From Nostoc sp. ChiVER01 (GTDB lineage: Bacteria; Cyanobacteriota; Cyanobacteriia; Cyanobacteriales; Nostocaceae), in the NCBI RefSeq assembly GCF_034531155.1, contig NZ_JAVRBS010000017.1:37004-69003 (forward strand): a stretch of DNA of 32,000 nucleotides. Reading direction: 5' to 3'. The position numbers and the translations under genes were made by a program. This document shows positions 31,929 through 32,000 of this stretch, one piece after another. Below the pieces are notes generated by a model. It saw nothing but the letters and a program-made list of their open reading frames with translations, had not been told where the DNA came from and did no database searches. Position 1 is the first letter of the stretch. Each line of letters starts with the position of its first letter.

Positions 31929-32000
31929 TACTTCTAATGAACTTTCAACTAAAAAAATATCCCATTACTTTGGCGAGCTGGCGTTGCAGGGGAGGAAGAA

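Noticed and set aside
31937-32000. Possible start of a + strand gene (MNFQLKKYPITLASWRCRGGR...) at the window end.
   Set aside because: Only 21 codons are visible, which is not enough to support a call.

Overview
This window looks like a chromosomal segment from a filamentous (Nostocales-like) cyanobacterium. Supporting signs: the HIP1 octamer GCGATCGC is very frequent (e.g. 1013-1020, 1199-1206), heptanucleotide STRR-type tandem repeats are present, ycf34 is present, and small palindromic MITE-like repeats fill the intergenic spacers.

Housekeeping genes: smc, yjcH-like/actP, an M50 site-2 protease, the CCA-adding enzyme, ycf34 and tsaB. These are interleaved with accessory loci.

Strongest candidate system (21614-26081): a 150-aa helical protein is tightly coupled to a 1336-aa NB-ARC/TPR STAND ATPase (NLR-like).
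- The small protein ends in two 21-residue pseudo-repeats.
- The NLR N-terminus carries one copy of the same motif.
- This is a HET-S/NWD2-type (Bell/BASS-like) amyloid-signalling architecture.
- The NLR sensor is an array of 21 near-identical 126-bp TPR units.

Other loci worth a second look:
- A double-glycine-leader peptide with a perfectly duplicated 13-aa core, next to a diiron oxygenase-like gene.
- An AT-rich orphan 468-aa gene flanked by MITE-like elements.
- An MprF split into separate synthase and flippase genes that bracket two paralogous esterases.
- A secreted tandem Tudor-like protein.
- A degenerate 63-bp tandem repeat array downstream of the NLR.
- A DUF433/DUF5615 pair whose toxin-like gene carries an in-frame stop.
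- A heptamer repeat inside the smc coding sequence.

All domain calls come from motif recognition by eye. No database search was run.
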